IMG/VR virus record: IMGVR_UViG_3300005289_000052
Location: 124,001-188,000 of that record
Length of the DNA: 64,000 bases
Direction: 5' to 3' (one strand)
Shown one piece after another: positions 10,080 to 20,436 of this stretch. The notes under the pieces were generated by a model. That model made no database searches, was not told where the DNA came from, and saw only the letters and a list, made by a program, of their open reading frames with translations. The position numbers and the translations under genes were made by a program. Position 1 is the first letter of the stretch; every line of letters begins with the position of its first letter.

Positions 10080-10589
10080 TTATTCGACAACGAAGCCATG
10101 AGAGGCAACGTCACCGGTCAGCTCACCGCGCAGGTTGCGGATCATCAGGTCGAACACCAGAGGCACTTCTTGGCGCTGGCCCAGAGGACCGGACAGCGAG
10201 GTAGTGAGGATCAGGATGCGATCACAACCGTGGGCCACGATACCGAAGTTCTCGTACAGGTACGGTTGACCACCGTAGGCCACTGGGTTTTGATCCATGT
10301 AAGACATACCCATGTTCAGCATGCGGGGTTGCTGAAACGCCAGTGTGCGCTGATTGACTTCGTTGGCTTCTGGACCGTTGACCTGATTGAAGGTGATCGG
10401 GTTCAGGATCAGAGAGAAGCCTTTGCCTTCTTTGATGTCGGCGGCGAACTCAGGACTGAGCTTTGCGATGGCTTCGACCACGGCGTCCACCGAAGTGATC
10501 AGGTAACGCTTGTCGAAGAACTGACCGCACACCAGGTTAGCGATTGGGAAAGTTTTGACGGGTTGCTTTTCTTGCTGTTCCATTTGCAT
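10080..10589 (-). CDS. Hypothetical protein, putative early gene
   Basis: 169 aa, AAGAGAG upstream, phage-typical codon use. Confidence 0.7.
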   Translation of the reverse strand: MQMEQQEKQPVKTFPIANLVCGQFFDKRYLITSVDAVVEAIAKLSPEFAADIKEGKGFSLILNPITFNQVNGPEANEVNQRTLAFQQPRMLNMGMSYMDQNPVAYGGQPYLYENFGIVAHGCDRILILTTSLSGPLGQRQEVPLVFDLMIRNLRGELTGDVASHGFVVE

Positions 10590-10626
10590 ACTCTCTTGAG
10601 CTTAAAGGTTGATGTAGCGACGGGGT

Positions 10627-10935
10627 TTACTTAGCAGGGTGATTCGGTGGAACACCGACCTTGAAGGTACGGACCCACTTGCGGACTTTGAAAAACTGAT
10701 ACCAGCCCACGATGTAGTTGACGATGATCAAAGGGATCAAAGCCATCATTCCAAAGTAGCCAGCCAGGATCAGGAAAACGGCGGTGGTCGCTGTGAACTT
10801 GTAGCGACTCGGACAAGTGGTCACGAGGAACTTCACAGCACGGTTGTCGTTCTTCTTCTCGAACAGATAGATCCCACGCAGGGTGATCAAGAATCCGAAG
10901 ATCAGAAAGACGTAAGCGAAGATGGTAAAGCCCAT
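10627..10935 (-). CDS. Small membrane protein, putative early gene
   Basis: ATG 10935 with AGGGAG SD; 2-3 hydrophobic segments. Confidence 0.7.
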   Translation of the reverse strand: MGFTIFAYVFLIFGFLITLRGIYLFEKKNDNRAVKFLVTTCPSRYKFTATTAVFLILAGYFGMMALIPLIIVNYIVGWYQFFKVRKWVRTFKVGVPPNHPAK

Positions 10936-10992
10936 AGTTAAAACTCCCTTGAGCATTGAGATTAGAAGGTTAGGTACCAATGTTACACTAGA

Positions 10993-11012
10993 GTAATATA
11001 GACTTGAGATTT
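10993..11012 (-). promoter_or_regulatory. phiKZ-type early (virion RNAP) promoter
   Basis: Minus strand AAATCTCAAGTCTATATTAC contains the phiKZ early motif TATATTAC. Confidence 0.75.
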
Positions 11013-11032
11013 ATTTATTTCCAGTTAACAGA

Positions 11033-11066
11033 CGGCATAAAAGCCCGCCCCGAAGGACGGGCTTTT
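11033..11066 (-). terminator. Hairpin + TTTTATGCCG terminator of the head-protein unit
   Basis: Minus strand AAAAGCCCGTCC-TTCG-GGGCGGGCTTTTATGCCG. Confidence 0.8.
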
Positions 11067-11097
11067 ACTAGACGACTGAATCAGTCGACTTCAAGAA

Positions 11098-12405
11098 TTA
11101 CTTCTTGTCGCCGTCTTTCTTCTTGTCATCTTTCTTTTCGCTTTTGCCAGCGGCAGCGATGGAACGCTCTACCAGTGCCAGAGCCGAACGAACGGCGCTG
11201 AAACCAGCGTTGTTCACTTGCAGCAGCGGACGGGTCAGGTCCTTGGTCGCTTTACGCAGACCACGGTTGACGGTGGCGTTCGACCAGGCTTTGCCCAGCT
11301 TGCCGGTTTCAGCAGCGTTCACGAACTTCTCGGTGGTCTGAACAGCCTTCTCGCGAGCGGTGTTCAGCTTGTCCATGTAGGAGCCCTTAGCCAGCAGGGT
11401 TTCCACGATGGTCGAGCAGTGGCCGAGGATGTCGCGCAGGGTGTTTGGACCTGGGCAATCGATCTCGGCGCCTTCGTTGATGGACGGCTTCTTACGAGCC
11501 AGGGTCAGAGTGCCCTTGGAGTCGTCGTCGCCAGCAGCGCCACCTTCGGCCGAAGCGGAGAAGTACCAGCCACCAGCGGCTTCTTTCGAACGCGAGGTGA
11601 TCTTGCCAGCTACGGTGCTGAACATGCCATCGGCGCTTTCAACGGCGCTGGAGATAGCGGACTCTTCCAGAGCAGCCTGGGTTTTCGGATCGGCCAGAAC
11701 GGCGCCCATGGCAGCGTAGTACTTCTCGGCAGCCGGAGCCAGTTCGGACCAGGATTCTTGAACCAGTTCACCCAGTACGCCCAGACCTTGGGAAACCGAA
11801 GCGCCGTCGACTTTGCCTTTGTAAGCGATCGACTCGCCGCCGGTTACCTTGACTTTCTTGCCTTGGTAATCGACTGCTTCGCCGGTTTTGCCTTTCAGGG
11901 CTTCGATGCGGGACTTCAGCTTCTTGGCGCCGCCGAAGATCTTGGCGAAGAAGTTCTTGACAGCAGCAATGGCCTTGGCCACGGCGTTCTTGATGGCCTG
12001 CCAGATCTTCTTGATGGTTTCCTTGATACCTTCCATCGAGATGGTGGTAGCAGCGGCTTGGCCAGAGGCACCGCCGAAGGATTCCAGGGAAGGAGTAACG
12101 GCGCTGACTTTCAGGCCCAGGCGAGAGGTGTAGGAACCAACGGCGTGTTGCATGAACAGCGCAGCCTGAGGGTTCAGACCGCCGTCTTGCATGGCAGCTT
12201 CCATCGAAACGAAGATGGACTCCAGGCCGTCGGAGATTTCTTCCAGTTCGCCTTGGTCGTCACCAGCTTGCTCGGATTCCGAGAAGGCTTCGGCGGTTTC
12301 GGCAATTTCTTGCTCAACGGTGTCGTCCGGGCTCACGACCAGGTCGGTTTCGTTGACGGTGTCGTCTTCCATGGAGACGAACAGTTGACGCAGAGATTGA
12401 GACAT
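11098..12405 (-). CDS. Internal head/inner-body protein, phiKZ gp93-like family
   Basis: ATG 12405; acidic propeptide with VSME, VSME, PSLE, ISME protease-type sites, then the amphipathic IKETIKKIWQAIKNAV segment. Confidence 0.8.
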   Translation of the reverse strand: MSQSLRQLFVSMEDDTVNETDLVVSPDDTVEQEIAETAEAFSESEQAGDDQGELEEISDGLESIFVSMEAAMQDGGLNPQAALFMQHAVGSYTSRLGLKVSAVTPSLESFGGASGQAAATTISMEGIKETIKKIWQAIKNAVAKAIAAVKNFFAKIFGGAKKLKSRIEALKGKTGEAVDYQGKKVKVTGGESIAYKGKVDGASVSQGLGVLGELVQESWSELAPAAEKYYAAMGAVLADPKTQAALEESAISSAVESADGMFSTVAGKITSRSKEAAGGWYFSASAEGGAAGDDDSKGTLTLARKKPSINEGAEIDCPGPNTLRDILGHCSTIVETLLAKGSYMDKLNTAREKAVQTTEKFVNAAETGKLGKAWSNATVNRGLRKATKDLTRPLLQVNNAGFSAVRSALALVERSIAAAGKSEKKDDKKKDGDKK

Positions 12406-12491
12406 GTGGAGTAACTCCGATAAACAATTGTTGATGCGTAAATGCACACGTGCATAACATACATACATTTACACAGATTGGCATTTTGGCC

Positions 12492-13061
12492 TTACACGAA
12501 CTTCGCGTACAGAGCCCGGAGGTCGATCGGGTCGTCGCCCTTGGCTTTGGGATTGCGCCATTCACCAAACATGATGTACAGCGTGATCACCAGGTCGTTC
12601 AGACCTTCTGGACGGGAGATCCATTCGGAAACTACCTTGCTCGGGGCAGTTCCTACAGTGGTGTAGAACTCGCGGATCTCCTTGCTGGCGTTACGTTCCC
12701 TATAATCATTACTGGGTTTAGGGTTCTCAGTCAGCAGGGCTAACCAGTTCTGAACAGACACCCGGCGACGACCCGTTTGGATGTACTTGAGGGTATCGAG
12801 CAGAAACTCATAATTATATCCGTACAGAAACGGATTGTTTTTCTGCGTGTTCAGGAACAGAGCGAAGTTATTGAAGCAACCCATCGCTACACGCAGGGCT
12901 CGTTTTTGGAACGCCCAACCATTACGGTCGACAGTCCCTTCGATCAAGCTGGTGTACAGTGTGTTAACGTCAGCGCTACCGCTAACACGACTGATGTCCA
13001 TACGATCGGAGGGAGCAATGAAGCCGCGTGGGTAGAGGTCACCCGATACGCGACTAGTCAT
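12492..13061 (-). CDS. Virion/head protein (phiKZ gp91-92 position)
   Basis: 189 aa within the head operon. Confidence 0.55.
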   Translation of the reverse strand: MTSRVSGDLYPRGFIAPSDRMDISRVSGSADVNTLYTSLIEGTVDRNGWAFQKRALRVAMGCFNNFALFLNTQKNNPFLYGYNYEFLLDTLKYIQTGRRRVSVQNWLALLTENPKPSNDYRERNASKEIREFYTTVGTAPSKVVSEWISRPEGLNDLVITLYIMFGEWRNPKAKGDDPIDLRALYAKFV

Positions 13062-13944
13062 TGAAGCCTTCCTCCATGTCGTTGAGCTTCTTGTTCAGCT
13101 TTTGCAGACGACCCTCGGTGTAGACGATCTCCTGCTCGATCTTCGCATCTTTGCTGCCGTCTTTCAGAACGAGCAAGCGGTACTCCAGAGCACGCTTCTC
13201 TTCCACAGCAGCCTTGTAGCGATTGACCTGCCACTCAGCGATAGCCATGCGGACATAGTAGATCGGGTTCAGGCGAACAGGGATGATGCCGAAGTGGAAC
13301 GGATCGGTCTTGGTAGCGCCAACGGTGGCTTCTACGGTCGATACGTCGTCCGGTGCTACAACCATGTCAGGGATGGCCTGGAACGAGCTTTCCATGCGAC
13401 GTACGTCGATGGAGAGGATGCTGAGGCAGTACGCGTAGTTATCGCGGTTGTCCCAGATCCAACGCTCTTCGGCACGAGACATGGCTTTCGGCACACGGAA
13501 CGGACCGTCTTCCGATTGCTCTTCGGACAGAGTCCACAGCAACAGGCGGCGCGCATAACGAGAAGCGAAGGAAGCCACTTCCAGATACTGGAGGATGTTG
13601 GCACGCAGGAAGCTGATGCTCGAGGACCCAACGTCTTTAGCGAACGCACGGTCGATCAGCTTGCCCAGCACTTCCATTTTGTCATCCACGTTGGACAACA
13701 CCTGGTAGGACGCCACGATGTAGTTGCCGTTGGCCTTTTCGATCTTGGCGATCTTGAGGAAGTTCTTGTCGTAGTTCTGGGTTTGTTTACCCTTGAACTT
13801 GGAGTTGCGATAGAACTCGGAAGCTTCACGCAGCGGAGGCAGCGTCAGTTCTTTGAGTTCGTTTTTCACGACTGCCAGCTCTTCGATCAACCGGCCCTTC
13901 TCGAAGGTCGGGAGCATCAGAGCGAGAAACTTTTGTAACTTCAT
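13054..13944 (-). CDS. Head protein (phiKZ gp90-like)
   Basis: 296 aa, C-terminal coiled coil, synteny. Confidence 0.6.
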   Translation of the reverse strand: MKLQKFLALMLPTFEKGRLIEELAVVKNELKELTLPPLREASEFYRNSKFKGKQTQNYDKNFLKIAKIEKANGNYIVASYQVLSNVDDKMEVLGKLIDRAFAKDVGSSSISFLRANILQYLEVASFASRYARRLLLWTLSEEQSEDGPFRVPKAMSRAEERWIWDNRDNYAYCLSILSIDVRRMESSFQAIPDMVVAPDDVSTVEATVGATKTDPFHFGIIPVRLNPIYYVRMAIAEWQVNRYKAAVEEKRALEYRLLVLKDGSKDAKIEQEIVYTEGRLQKLNKKLNDMEEGFND

Positions 13945-13956
13945 GGTGACCTCGAG

Positions 13957-15090
13957 TTAGATGGCGGGGCTGTTGCCCAGTTGGTAAGCTTTGAGGATCT
14001 CGCCTACGTCTGGACCTTTGCCCTTGTTGGAGACCGCCAGTTCTTTCACCGACATCTCGGTTGGGATGGCGATGGAGCGGTGGTAGAAGGTGACGTGTTC
14101 CCACTCAGGGTCGACCACGCACAGGATCATGCAGTAGGTCTCACGGAAGAGCTTCTCACGAACGCGGAAGTCTTTCAGGCGACCACCAACTTGACGCTCG
14201 ATGTCTTTCACAGCAGCCGAGGAACACACGATGATGTTCGACGCGGTAGCTACGGAAGGCTGGCCGGAGAAGATGGCGGAGATGCTGTTACCCTTACGAC
14301 GCTTACGCAGCTCGTCGTACAGACCGGTTGGGTCTTTGGCCAGGGTTTTCTTGTGAGCATCGATCAGGTCTTGGCACAGCAGCAGGTCACGAACGAACTC
14401 CAGTTGGCCTGCACGCCAAGCGTGGAAGCGTTCCTTGACGGAGATGTTCTTGCTGCCGACGCTTAAGATATGAACCAGCTCCTTGGTCCCGATGCCGCTG
14501 CAAATGAGGCGGACGTTGATCGGGAAGGTAGCTTTGTTACCCTCGGACTCGATGTTGACTTCCAGCATCTTGCCCACAGACAGGTTGGTCAGCTCGCCCA
14601 GTGAAGCCACGGCGTCACGACCAGTGGTCAGAGTTGGCGGATTGCCTACCGGAAGTTCGTCTTCGATGTCCTCGAGGCTCACCTTGAGGTTTTGCAGACC
14701 ATCACGACCACCAGGTACCGGCAGAGCAAAACGATACGAGCGCGCGTCTTCCAGGCTCACCATGGTGGCGACGCCGTTGGAGACACCGTTGATCAGGTTG
14801 TCGGTAGCGTTACGCTTAGGGTTCAGCTTGTCGAGCAGGCGGATCACGTCCACGCTACCAACGTTCACCGAAAGTGCAATCGCTTGCAGGTAGTAGCCAC
14901 TGAACAACGAGGTCAGGGACTGCATGATGTCGCCAGCATAAGGCAGACGAATGAGCGACTCGTCCATCAGAACGATTGGCTCAACGCGAGTGGGTTGGGT
15001 GTACTCGATCAACGAACCAGCCTTCGCGGCCCGCATCGTGTCCGTCAATTTACTGGCCATATTAAGGCCAGTCACAATGTCATTCATCAT
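13957..15090 (-). CDS. Head/inner-body protein (phiKZ gp89-like)
   Basis: Start ATG 15090; two VSLE processing-type motifs; synteny. Confidence 0.6.
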   Translation of the reverse strand: MMNDIVTGLNMASKLTDTMRAAKAGSLIEYTQPTRVEPIVLMDESLIRLPYAGDIMQSLTSLFSGYYLQAIALSVNVGSVDVIRLLDKLNPKRNATDNLINGVSNGVATMVSLEDARSYRFALPVPGGRDGLQNLKVSLEDIEDELPVGNPPTLTTGRDAVASLGELTNLSVGKMLEVNIESEGNKATFPINVRLICSGIGTKELVHILSVGSKNISVKERFHAWRAGQLEFVRDLLLCQDLIDAHKKTLAKDPTGLYDELRKRRKGNSISAIFSGQPSVATASNIIVCSSAAVKDIERQVGGRLKDFRVREKLFRETYCMILCVVDPEWEHVTFYHRSIAIPTEMSVKELAVSNKGKGPDVGEILKAYQLGNSPAI

Positions 15091-15115
15091 TACTGATAAT
15101 CCCTCGAAGGTGACT

Positions 15116-16246
15116 ATGGCTAAAACTATTAAAGATGTGTTGAGCATCATTCAAAAGGCAGGTGGGCTAGGTGATCTTTCGCAGGCCGCGATTAATAACC
15201 TTAAAGGCATCAACCACCGAGGTTTCGGAAACCCGTTACCAGTCAACAAAGATAACCAGGGCTTGACGTTCTTCACACGCCCTAACCTGAACTTATCATA
15301 CGATAATATCGCGGCGAAGCGGATTCTGACCCCATTGCTCGATGGTGACGGTCCAGCGATGAACACGTACCAGCGTGCCGTGCGTATGACACTCGACCCG
15401 TACCTTGGTGACCCGTCTGCTTTTAAGATGGGAGATCCACGGCGTGGGGCTAAGATGATGACTTGTGACCTGATCGATCAGAAGCAAGCATTCATTCCGA
15501 TCCTCACGAACTGCCTCATTTCGTTAGGGGGTTGGCCAGACCTTTCGGTAGAGACTTTCTCCTCGACTCCAGGTAACTACGGTGAGTCCTGGGCGATGGT
15601 TGACAGTAGCTCTCGCTTCTATGAAGTGTTCGAATTGAACGCTGCATTTAAGAGTCTCGAGGGTGACCCGATCTCCACGATCTTCTCGACTTGGCTACAC
15701 TATATGTCGGGGGTTTACGAGGGGTCCATGGTTCCTTACCCGAACAACCTCGTGGAACGTCGCATTGATTACCAGACTCGCATCTATCGAATCCTGTTGG
15801 ACTCGAGTCGTCGGTACGTGCAAAAGATCGCAGCCTGTGGTGCAGCCTTCCCGCTGAACTCACCACTGGGTAACGCGTTCAACTTCACGAACGAAGGGGT
15901 CTACAACCAAGACAACGACCAGATCCAGATTCGCTTTAAAGCGATGGGTGCTGACTACAACGACCCAATCACCATTCAAGAGTTCAACGCAGTAGTTCAG
16001 ATCTTCAACCCGGAGATGAAAGGTGACGACAATGATCGTTCCCGCTACTACCGCAAACTCGATGGCATTGATGAGATGAAAGCCTACAACTATAACGGCT
16101 ATCCTCGCATTGATCCTGAGTCGATGGAACTTACGTGGTGGGTGCCGATTGACAACAACTCAGTCAGCGTCGCTGTGGCTACTCCGTCTTCTGGTGTGGA
16201 CCTCTCCCCAATCACTGACCTCCTCAAGGGCACTGCTTCGACATGA
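15116..16246 (+). CDS. Virion tail/baseplate protein (phiKZ gp88-like)
   Basis: Start reassigned to ATG 15116 (GAAGGTGA SD); 376 aa; coupled to the next gene. Confidence 0.6.
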   Translation: MAKTIKDVLSIIQKAGGLGDLSQAAINNLKGINHRGFGNPLPVNKDNQGLTFFTRPNLNLSYDNIAAKRILTPLLDGDGPAMNTYQRAVRMTLDPYLGDPSAFKMGDPRRGAKMMTCDLIDQKQAFIPILTNCLISLGGWPDLSVETFSSTPGNYGESWAMVDSSSRFYEVFELNAAFKSLEGDPISTIFSTWLHYMSGVYEGSMVPYPNNLVERRIDYQTRIYRILLDSSRRYVQKIAACGAAFPLNSPLGNAFNFTNEGVYNQDNDQIQIRFKAMGADYNDPITIQEFNAVVQIFNPEMKGDDNDRSRYYRKLDGIDEMKAYNYNGYPRIDPESMELTWWVPIDNNSVSVAVATPSSGVDLSPITDLLKGTAST

Positions 16247-19155
16247 CGACTACTACCGCTGAGTTAATGGCCGCGATTGACGCGGTGCGTTTTAACCCCG
16301 CTGCGATCCACCGTTTGGCCCTGAACATTCTTGAGGAAACTCGGAACGGGGAGCGGGTGATTGTAGACCCTACCAACCCTTTTATGTTCCTGCTGGAATC
16401 CAGTGCGGTTAACGTTGCTGCTGCTATGGCGTGCAACGAAGCCAACCTGCGTAAACAGTACGGGAGCATGGCGTTGACTGAGGAGGAGATCTACCTCCAC
16501 ATGTCGGATCGGGATTACCTCGACCGCTTCGCCAAACCTTCACGCACAGAGATCGGCATACTGCTGTCGTTGGATGAGATCTACCAACGCGTAGTGCCCA
16601 CTGGTCAAGGTGGCATGAAGAAGATGGTGATCCCTCGTAACAGTGAGTTTACTGTTGCAGGCTACAGCTTCACCATGCAGTATCCGATTGAACTGCGAGT
16701 CATGGCCAACAAAGGCTTGCAGGTGATCCACGACGTCTCACGTCAGTCTCCTCTGATGTCGTTGAACTCGAACGTGGCTAAGACCACACTGATGAACATC
16801 GAAGGACAGAAGTATCTGTTGATCTATGCTCCAGTGCTCCAGGTCAAGATCGACGTCCAGTATCCAAAGCTGGTCTCGGCTACTGCGTTCCGTAAGCGTT
16901 ACAACTTCGACAACCAGTTCCACTTTGCACGAGTGTACCAAGCCAACGCGGCTGGTGAGTGGGTCGAAATGAGGACCACGCACACCGATCAGGTCTTTGA
17001 CCCGATGGTTCCTACAGCGTGCTTGAAAGTGTTGGATGGTCAATTGGAAGTTAGCATTCCGATGATCTACCAATCAGCAGGCACCGTGGATTCAGAGTTG
17101 CGACTGGAGATCTACACCACTGTAGGACCTCTGGACCTGATCCTGAACAACTACGAACCGGGTTCTTACACCGCTCGTTGGATTGACTTGGATAACGATG
17201 ACAACGGGATCTACATCTCACCCCTGTCTCAGTTCAGCTCAGTCTCTGTGTTCTCTGATCGCGTAGTGACTGGTGGTAGTGCAGCGCTGTCGTTTGAAGA
17301 TCTGCGTGAACGTGTGATCAACAACAGTCTGGGTTCTCAACAGCTTCCGATCACCAACCAGCAAGTTACCTCGACGCTGTCGAACTTGGGGTACAACCTG
17401 TCGACCAACATCGACTTGATCACTAACCGTCAGTTCTTGGCTACTCGCGTGTTGCCTCCTCCGACTGATGGTTCTGTGATTGCTGGCGTGGCGTCTACCG
17501 TGGCTACCTATCAAGCATCGTTCGATGACTTGAAGACCCATGAGTACATTCGCGACAACGGTCTGCGGTTGACCATCACTCCGAAAGTGTTGTTCCAAGG
17601 TTACAACGGTCAGTACGGTCTGGTCTCCAAGATGCGTACGGATCAACTGTTGGCAATGCGTGGGACCGATGCGTTCCTCCCAGAGCTGGAACAGAACCGT
17701 TACCTGGCGTCTCCGTTCTACTACGTGTGGGACATTGACAATGACCTGTTTGATTGCCGGATGTATCACCTCGATTCGCCGGAAGTTGAATCCAAGGTAT
17801 TCGTCCAGGAGAACGACACCACAGGTCTGATCGTAGCTACTGACACTTACGCGCTGGAGAAGATCGACGAAGGCTATCGCGTCGTCATCAAGACCCGGTC
17901 GAGTGAAGAGTGGAAGTTGTTGCGTGACGATCAAGTCTACGTGCAATTGGCATTCGTGGCTGAAGGTGAAACGGCTCGTGCGTACATCAACGGTACGCTG
18001 CTGGCGCGTGACATCGACACCAACGAGCGGATCTACGAGTTCAAGATCCTCACCAACTACGACGTGGATGAATCCCACGGCCTGATGATCAACAACTTCA
18101 CCATCTTCGGTCAGATACAAAACTGCCCGATTCCACTGTCAGGTAAGTTGGACATCCTCTACGCAGCGGCTGACTATAGTTACCTCGACATGACCTCCTC
18201 GGAGATCGACACTATCCTTGACAGCTCTTTGCTGCCAGAGAAATACATCGGTCTGATTCACGAGCAACTGAACGTCACCTTGGGACACACCTTGGATGGC
18301 TTCTGGTTGAACAGCCGGTCTGTGGTGTCCTCGATTGAGTACATGACCTACCCAACTGACGTGGTGGCTACTTATCAGGAAACCGTTTACGAACGTGATC
18401 CTGTAACTGGCACCGTGAAGGTTGAGATGGTCAACGGTAAACCTAAGTTCAACATCCTGCATGCAAAAGGCGACATCATTCGTGATGCGTTGGGAGAGGT
18501 GACTTACCAGTATCGTGCTGGTGATGTCATTATCGATGCTCAAGGTAACCCGGTGCCAGCTAACCCACGTGGGATGCTGCGTCAGACGGATCTGTTCTTG
18601 ATGGACGGTCTGTACTACTTCGCTACCGAGGCAGCCTCTAAAGACTACGCGGCGAGTGTGCCTAACACTATCGTTTCGTGGTTGGAAGATGACATCGCAC
18701 CAATCTCCAAACGTTTGCTGGAACAGACTGAATTGTTCTTCCATCCTCAGATCACCACGGGTTACGCCAAGGCACTGGTGATGGATAACTTTGAAGTCGA
18801 CTTGGATACCGAGCAGACGCTGGTAGTTCGCTACTACCTGTCGGAGTCTGGGTTCAAGAACGCTGAGCTGCGTAAGAGCTTGGAGACCACTGCTATTGAA
18901 GTGATCCATGAAGCCTTTGCTGTCGCTCGCGTTAGCACCAAAGACATCGCTAACCGCATCCAGTTGGCTGCTGGCGACGATGTTCGTACGGTGTCGGTAC
19001 AAGGCTTGGGTGGTGGTACTCCAGGTTACGACATCTTGACCCTGCAAGACGAATCTGCTCGCTTGGGGATTCGTAAAAAGCTGGTTGCTTTGGCTGATGG
19101 TACTTACGCTGTAGAAGATGCAGTGGAAGTGATGTTCATCCTGCACGGTAACTAA
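16243..19155 (+). CDS. Large virion protein, probable baseplate wedge (phiKZ gp87-like)
   Basis: 970 aa; VTGGSAALSFEDLRERV resembles the GG...E..R motif of baseplate J/gp6-like proteins. Confidence 0.65.
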   Translation: MTTTTAELMAAIDAVRFNPAAIHRLALNILEETRNGERVIVDPTNPFMFLLESSAVNVAAAMACNEANLRKQYGSMALTEEEIYLHMSDRDYLDRFAKPSRTEIGILLSLDEIYQRVVPTGQGGMKKMVIPRNSEFTVAGYSFTMQYPIELRVMANKGLQVIHDVSRQSPLMSLNSNVAKTTLMNIEGQKYLLIYAPVLQVKIDVQYPKLVSATAFRKRYNFDNQFHFARVYQANAAGEWVEMRTTHTDQVFDPMVPTACLKVLDGQLEVSIPMIYQSAGTVDSELRLEIYTTVGPLDLILNNYEPGSYTARWIDLDNDDNGIYISPLSQFSSVSVFSDRVVTGGSAALSFEDLRERVINNSLGSQQLPITNQQVTSTLSNLGYNLSTNIDLITNRQFLATRVLPPPTDGSVIAGVASTVATYQASFDDLKTHEYIRDNGLRLTITPKVLFQGYNGQYGLVSKMRTDQLLAMRGTDAFLPELEQNRYLASPFYYVWDIDNDLFDCRMYHLDSPEVESKVFVQENDTTGLIVATDTYALEKIDEGYRVVIKTRSSEEWKLLRDDQVYVQLAFVAEGETARAYINGTLLARDIDTNERIYEFKILTNYDVDESHGLMINNFTIFGQIQNCPIPLSGKLDILYAAADYSYLDMTSSEIDTILDSSLLPEKYIGLIHEQLNVTLGHTLDGFWLNSRSVVSSIEYMTYPTDVVATYQETVYERDPVTGTVKVEMVNGKPKFNILHAKGDIIRDALGEVTYQYRAGDVIIDAQGNPVPANPRGMLRQTDLFLMDGLYYFATEAASKDYAASVPNTIVSWLEDDIAPISKRLLEQTELFFHPQITTGYAKALVMDNFEVDLDTEQTLVVRYYLSESGFKNAELRKSLETTAIEVIHEAFAVARVSTKDIANRIQLAAGDDVRTVSVQGLGGGTPGYDILTLQDESARLGIRKKLVALADGTYAVEDAVEVMFILHGN

Positions 19156-19193
19156 CGGCATAGAGGGAGGCCTTCTGGCCTCCCCTTATGACG
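19156..19193. terminator. Bidirectional terminator with TATG arms
   Basis: CGGCATAGAGGGAGGCC-TTCT-GGCCTCCCCTTATGACG; nearly identical to 2643-2676. Confidence 0.8.
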
Positions 19194-20426
19194 TCACTTC
19201 TTGGACTTGTTCAGTTCGCGAAGTTTCTTTTTGGCATCTTCGTCATCCGAAGAAGTGATGGCAGCAACCATCGCTGTGTGCCCACGGTCAGCAGCACGAC
19301 GGCTCAGTTCAACGAAGTGGTTGCGCATGCGCTCACACTTGGCCAACATGGCATCGTACTTCTGTACAACGTCGATCATCTTGCGCATCGAGGACAAGCA
19401 AGAACGCAGAGCACGGTCAACGTCAGCACCCACTTTCGGGTTGAACGAAGACTTCTCGAGACGGTTCACTTCTGTGAGCAGACCTTCGAGTTGACCTGGT
19501 TGCTTGACCTTACGCAGCGGACACTTGTCAACCGAGTAGCCTTCCAGTTCGGCAACTACTTTGTCCCCATTGAAGGAGTTGGTGTAGGCTTGCGCGATGG
19601 TGGAGTTCAGGCTGTCGATGACCTCCCGCATGTCTTCTTGGTAATCAATCGGGTTACTGGAAGCCCGGTGGATCACTTGGAAGGCGTTACGGATAGTCGG
19701 GTCGGTGTCCCGGATCTCGATGTCGTTGATAGTGGTCAACACACGGTTGATTGCCATCTCATCGTTGGAGTTGTCCTTCTTGGACTCCTTGTCGATCAGC
19801 GTACACATCAACTTGAGCTTGGTGACCATCATGGAGAACGTGGAGTCAGCCGAAGCCAAGCAACGAGTGATCGGACCAACCGCCAAGATGTCACGCAGAA
19901 CACCGTTGTACAGTTGTGCCATTTCATCGTAGATCGGTTTCAGACGTTCAGCCTTACGCTCTTCGTAGTCACGACGGATAGCCGGAGAAACCATCTTCTC
20001 CAGATCACGCGTGGTCTTGAGGGAGGCAGTCATCTGCACAGCCGACTTCTCAGCTTCCTTGGAAGCCTTGTCGTTAGCCTTGAACATACCGAGCAACCAG
20101 AAGATCAGCTTGGCCACCAAAGCTACGAACGCAGCTACCGCACCACCAATCAGAGCCGCACTGGCAGCACTCATCGACTCCATCGAAACGGAGTAGTTGG
20201 TGAGCGTGGGGTTCTTACTGAAACTGTTGAGTTTCAGGTGGGCAGGCAACAGGTGCTGGACGGGCATGATCATCGACTTACTAACGCCGTTCTCACGACG
20301 CATAGCACGAACGACCATCTCGACGTCCAACGCTTTGGATTCCATCGAGAGCATGACCTCCTCTTCATCGAGGGTATCAGGACGCTCTGGTTCTGGCAGA
20401 CCAGTGGTAGTAGAACTGAGGGTCAT
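19194..20426 (-). CDS. Processed head protein (phiKZ gp84-86 block)
   Basis: 410 aa; LSME/VSME motifs then a hydrophobic helix (AALIGGAVAAFVALVAKLIFWLL). Confidence 0.6.
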   Translation of the reverse strand: MTLSSTTTGLPEPERPDTLDEEEVMLSMESKALDVEMVVRAMRRENGVSKSMIMPVQHLLPAHLKLNSFSKNPTLTNYSVSMESMSAASAALIGGAVAAFVALVAKLIFWLLGMFKANDKASKEAEKSAVQMTASLKTTRDLEKMVSPAIRRDYEERKAERLKPIYDEMAQLYNGVLRDILAVGPITRCLASADSTFSMMVTKLKLMCTLIDKESKKDNSNDEMAINRVLTTINDIEIRDTDPTIRNAFQVIHRASSNPIDYQEDMREVIDSLNSTIAQAYTNSFNGDKVVAELEGYSVDKCPLRKVKQPGQLEGLLTEVNRLEKSSFNPKVGADVDRALRSCLSSMRKMIDVVQKYDAMLAKCERMRNHFVELSRRAADRGHTAMVAAITSSDDEDAKKKLRELNKSKK

Positions 20427-20436
20427 ACCAGTCTCC

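Noticed and set aside
2643-19193. Near-identical hairpins (2643, 4374, 19156) as CRISPR repeats, REP elements or MITEs
   Set aside because: They are dispersed, have no spacers or target duplications, and always lie at gene ends, so terminators fit better.
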